From assembly GCA_030704615.1 (NCBI GenBank), contig CM060731.1, positions 94,922,001 to 94,986,000 of the forward strand: a DNA stretch of 64,000 nucleotides, read 5' to 3'. Under the pieces are notes generated by a model, which did not search any database, had not been told where the DNA came from, and saw only the letters and a program-made list of their open reading frames with translations. Each line of letters opens with the position of its first letter. The stretch's first letter is position 1. The translations under genes and the position numbers were made by a program. This document shows, one piece after another, positions 61,165 to 64,000 of the stretch. The stretch is from Takakia lepidozioides. Taxonomy: Eukaryota; Plantae; Bryophyta.

Positions 61165-64000
61165 CTACTGCTGCCGTAGAGTCATCCAATAGCGGGGACA
61201 TGTCGGATTCAGGTGCACCGCTCTTTGCATCCATGAGTGAGTACTTTGAAATATCTCTAGTCCCCACTTGTCTTTTGGTGATGCAGCTTTGGACTGCTCA
61301 GCAAGCAACCCCATTTGGAAATACAACTCCGCAGGCCTGTGATCTGTATCATAAACCAACCTGTAGTGAGGCTTACACAGTGTGAGTAATCTATATATTG
61401 TAATTTATCTTTCGTTTGAAGACAGCCAAAAATGCATTTCTCATGATTAAGTCAACCACACGCAGTAGTGACAACTACAGAAGTTGAGAGAAGTAAAGCA
61501 TACCTGCAGGCCAACCTGCCCATGCAACATGAAGACTGTGTTCCCACTTGGAAAGTCCCCTACCACGAGAGTTCAATTTACTGCTCTCTGTTAGTGCCAG
61601 CAGGGCACCTGCAATCGGCAATCCTGCGAGTCCCCTGCGCACCGCCCTGCTCAAACTACGGATAGATAATGACAAAAAGTCGGTTTTACCTCCCAGCTTG
61701 GCCAGCTCCATGCATATAGCACCTGCACCCAGGTATAGCACAGCCTGAGAAACCTCCTCCCAAAAGATTTCACATTGGTCTATTGGGACTCCTACTAAAA
61801 GAGCAAGTTGAGAGGCATCAAGATGCCATTGCAGTGATGCCATCTGGCAACTTCAAAGGTGACATAATTCTGTGTACCATGAAAAAGATGAAGAACATCA
61901 TTGTCTGGCAATAGAGCCAAAGCTTCTGCAACAGTTTTCTCAGCAGATGAATAATCTGCATCTTGCAACAAAGCCTGAGCATCCCCAAGTCGGCATAAGG
62001 CCAGCCACATTCGCTGCTCGTCCACATTTTTCTTCTGGATGGCATCTTCTAAGGTGTCACTCCTTTCCTCTCTCTGAAACCCCAACTGACGCTCCAATTC
62101 TGCCAACTTCAACAATCCAAGCACATCATCTGGGCTGCCATCTTCATGACGCTTCTCGAGTTCCAGTCGTGATGCTGTGTGATTCTGTGTAGTGACATAG
62201 CAACGTGCCAGCAGAAAACCTCCTAAAAAAGAATATCCTGAGGAGACATTAAGCTCACAGGCAGCCTTTGCCTGCTGCAAGGCAGTTTCACCATCACCAG
62301 AATGCAGAGCAGCATCGGAAGCACAGATCCTGAGCATCAGGCTCATATGTGAATCCTCAGGCATGGTTGCCAGCTGTGTATGTGCTATCCGGCTGATGGT
62401 ATGGTACAACTGTTTTGACTTCTGCGCCTGCATCTGTAAGGCGAGCACCAGACTGTACTGTGCTTTTCTGTTCCAAGGCTGTGTGTGTACCCACCTGCAC
62501 ATGGCCCCCACCTTCCCTACTTTCATTATCCATCCAACTTTGACAAGTGGGCACAACACTCCGTATTGCAAAGGTGTCCATTTTCTGGATTGAAAAGACA
62601 TAACCAACGAGACAGGAAATTTACTGCATGCACAGGAGGCTCAAAGAGGAAAGGTGCAAACAATGTAGCAAGCTAACCTTAGAAGCCAATCAACCATTTT
62701 GCACAATCACTATTACCGTTGTAGTTGTGGAACCACAGAGCTTGCAGACGCATTGTGACTGGAGCAAGAGGAGAAGGATAAAGAAGGCCGAACACATCCA
62801 CATGCACCACAGGCCACCATTGCAGCCACCAAACTGGTGCACAGTGCGCCTTGTTCAATTGTAGGGGGCAGGTGCACACTGCAGCACCGCATCACCGACT
62901 TTGCCTTGCCTCCCGGGCTGCTCTCTATCAGAGTTTGTCCCAGCTTTGCCCTGCCACCAGCATGAAGGAGTAGTGAGTATGGCAAATAAGACACTTCTGC
63001 ATACCATGATGCCAATGCCTTGAAGCTTATCCAATCTGAAAATGATCACAGGATTGAACATAACTTGCAGACAATACCGGAGTGACATGTTGTTCGGGAA
63101 CGAATGCAAAGCCTTCAGGAGACTGCCAGCCACATCACTGGGGGTAGACTGCTTCATCCCCTGCATGATCTGACACTCCCAATTGCCTATACGTAAGATA
63201 CCGGCAAACACCAAACCTTAGTTAAATGGCAAGTGAATCTTAACGACTCGAAGTGACATCCAAGTATTCTCCTGCAGATTCAAGTCTCTGAGACATTGTA
63301 CCACATTTCAGGTAGATCGAAAAATGAGGAAAAGATTTAAAGAAAGCCCACATGACCACAATCTGGAAGGTACAAATCATCGAAAAGTGTTGCAATTTAG
63401 ACCTGCTTTCCGGCTGCAAGCAAGAGGTTTGCTTGGGGGCCACATTCATGCTTGAAGAGAAGGCCACAGCGAGACACGACATCAAAAACAGATGGTTGGT
63501 GGCCACTTGCAACTGCCAGTGCAAGAGCAGTCAAGCTGAAGTTAGCAAAATGAAATAGCTCCATAGGTGTATTGCAAATCTCGTCAAGTGCAGACTGTGG
63601 CCCTGTGATCCAATATGTCATTTTGCAGTAGAGGCTTAGGGCACTGGCATCTTTGCTTAGTTTGACTGCCTGCTTTGCTACTGCTGCTGCCAACCCCCTG
63701 TCACCCGCCTGCCAAACTGCCACTGCATAGCTTCGAAGTGCCTCGTGCTCTTCCAGTAAAATCCCTGTTCAGCACCGGCACACATTTCGTTCTGATGAAA
63801 ACCTTACTCTGAAGATCCTGATCCATCTGGCTCTCTGCAACTGTAGTCTACTTATTACTCTGCAACAAACCGCTTAAACTGCTCAATACATTCAGAACTT
63901 CAAGATAGATTAAGGACATTTCAAGACTGGGAATGAGTATGTCCCCACTCTCGGCCAATACGCATTCCAGCAGCCTAGAGAACTTCTCGACCAATGAATC
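61165..64000 (-). CDS. SKI3: SKI3/TTC37 tetratricopeptide-repeat protein, 3' exons (gene continues beyond the window)
   Basis: KALHSFPNNMSLR; RWVHTQPWNRKAQYSLVL; MLRICASDAAL; LYLGAGAICMELAK; WMQRAVHLNPTCPRYW near the stop. These resemble the plant SKI3 C-terminus. Short GT-AG introns. Confidence 0.85.

Overview
Eukaryotic nuclear DNA from a land plant, most likely a non-seed plant. This is inferred from PLS-type PPR relics, a DNMT3-type domain, chromoviruses and GT-AG introns. About 80% of the window is nested transposon debris. Two host genes are recognisable: a CBE1/4E-T-like eIF4E-binding gene (+, about 42.5-49.2 kb) and the 3' part of SKI3/TTC37 (-, 61.2-64 kb). A tandemly amplified PDF(OSB)-PPR pseudogene lies at 2.5-6.5 kb. 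Mobile elements include one complete chromovirus (28574-35821, TSD TTCAG), other Ty3/gypsy fragments, several L1-like LINEs, a CACTA right end, a MULE-like MITE and a SINE-like piece. The most notable signal is transposon-associated DNA-modification cargo: (1) an LTR retrotransposon with a full DNMT3-type C5 methyltransferase domain directly after its protease; (2) two tandem, intron-containing, bacterial beta-class (N4C/N6A) methyltransferase-like genes next to an unclassified transposon terminus; (3) a spliced ParB/Srx-like (DGNHR) pseudo-exon beside an array of perfect 24-bp palindromes. All three are pseudogenised here. All calls come from reading motifs by eye; no database search was run.
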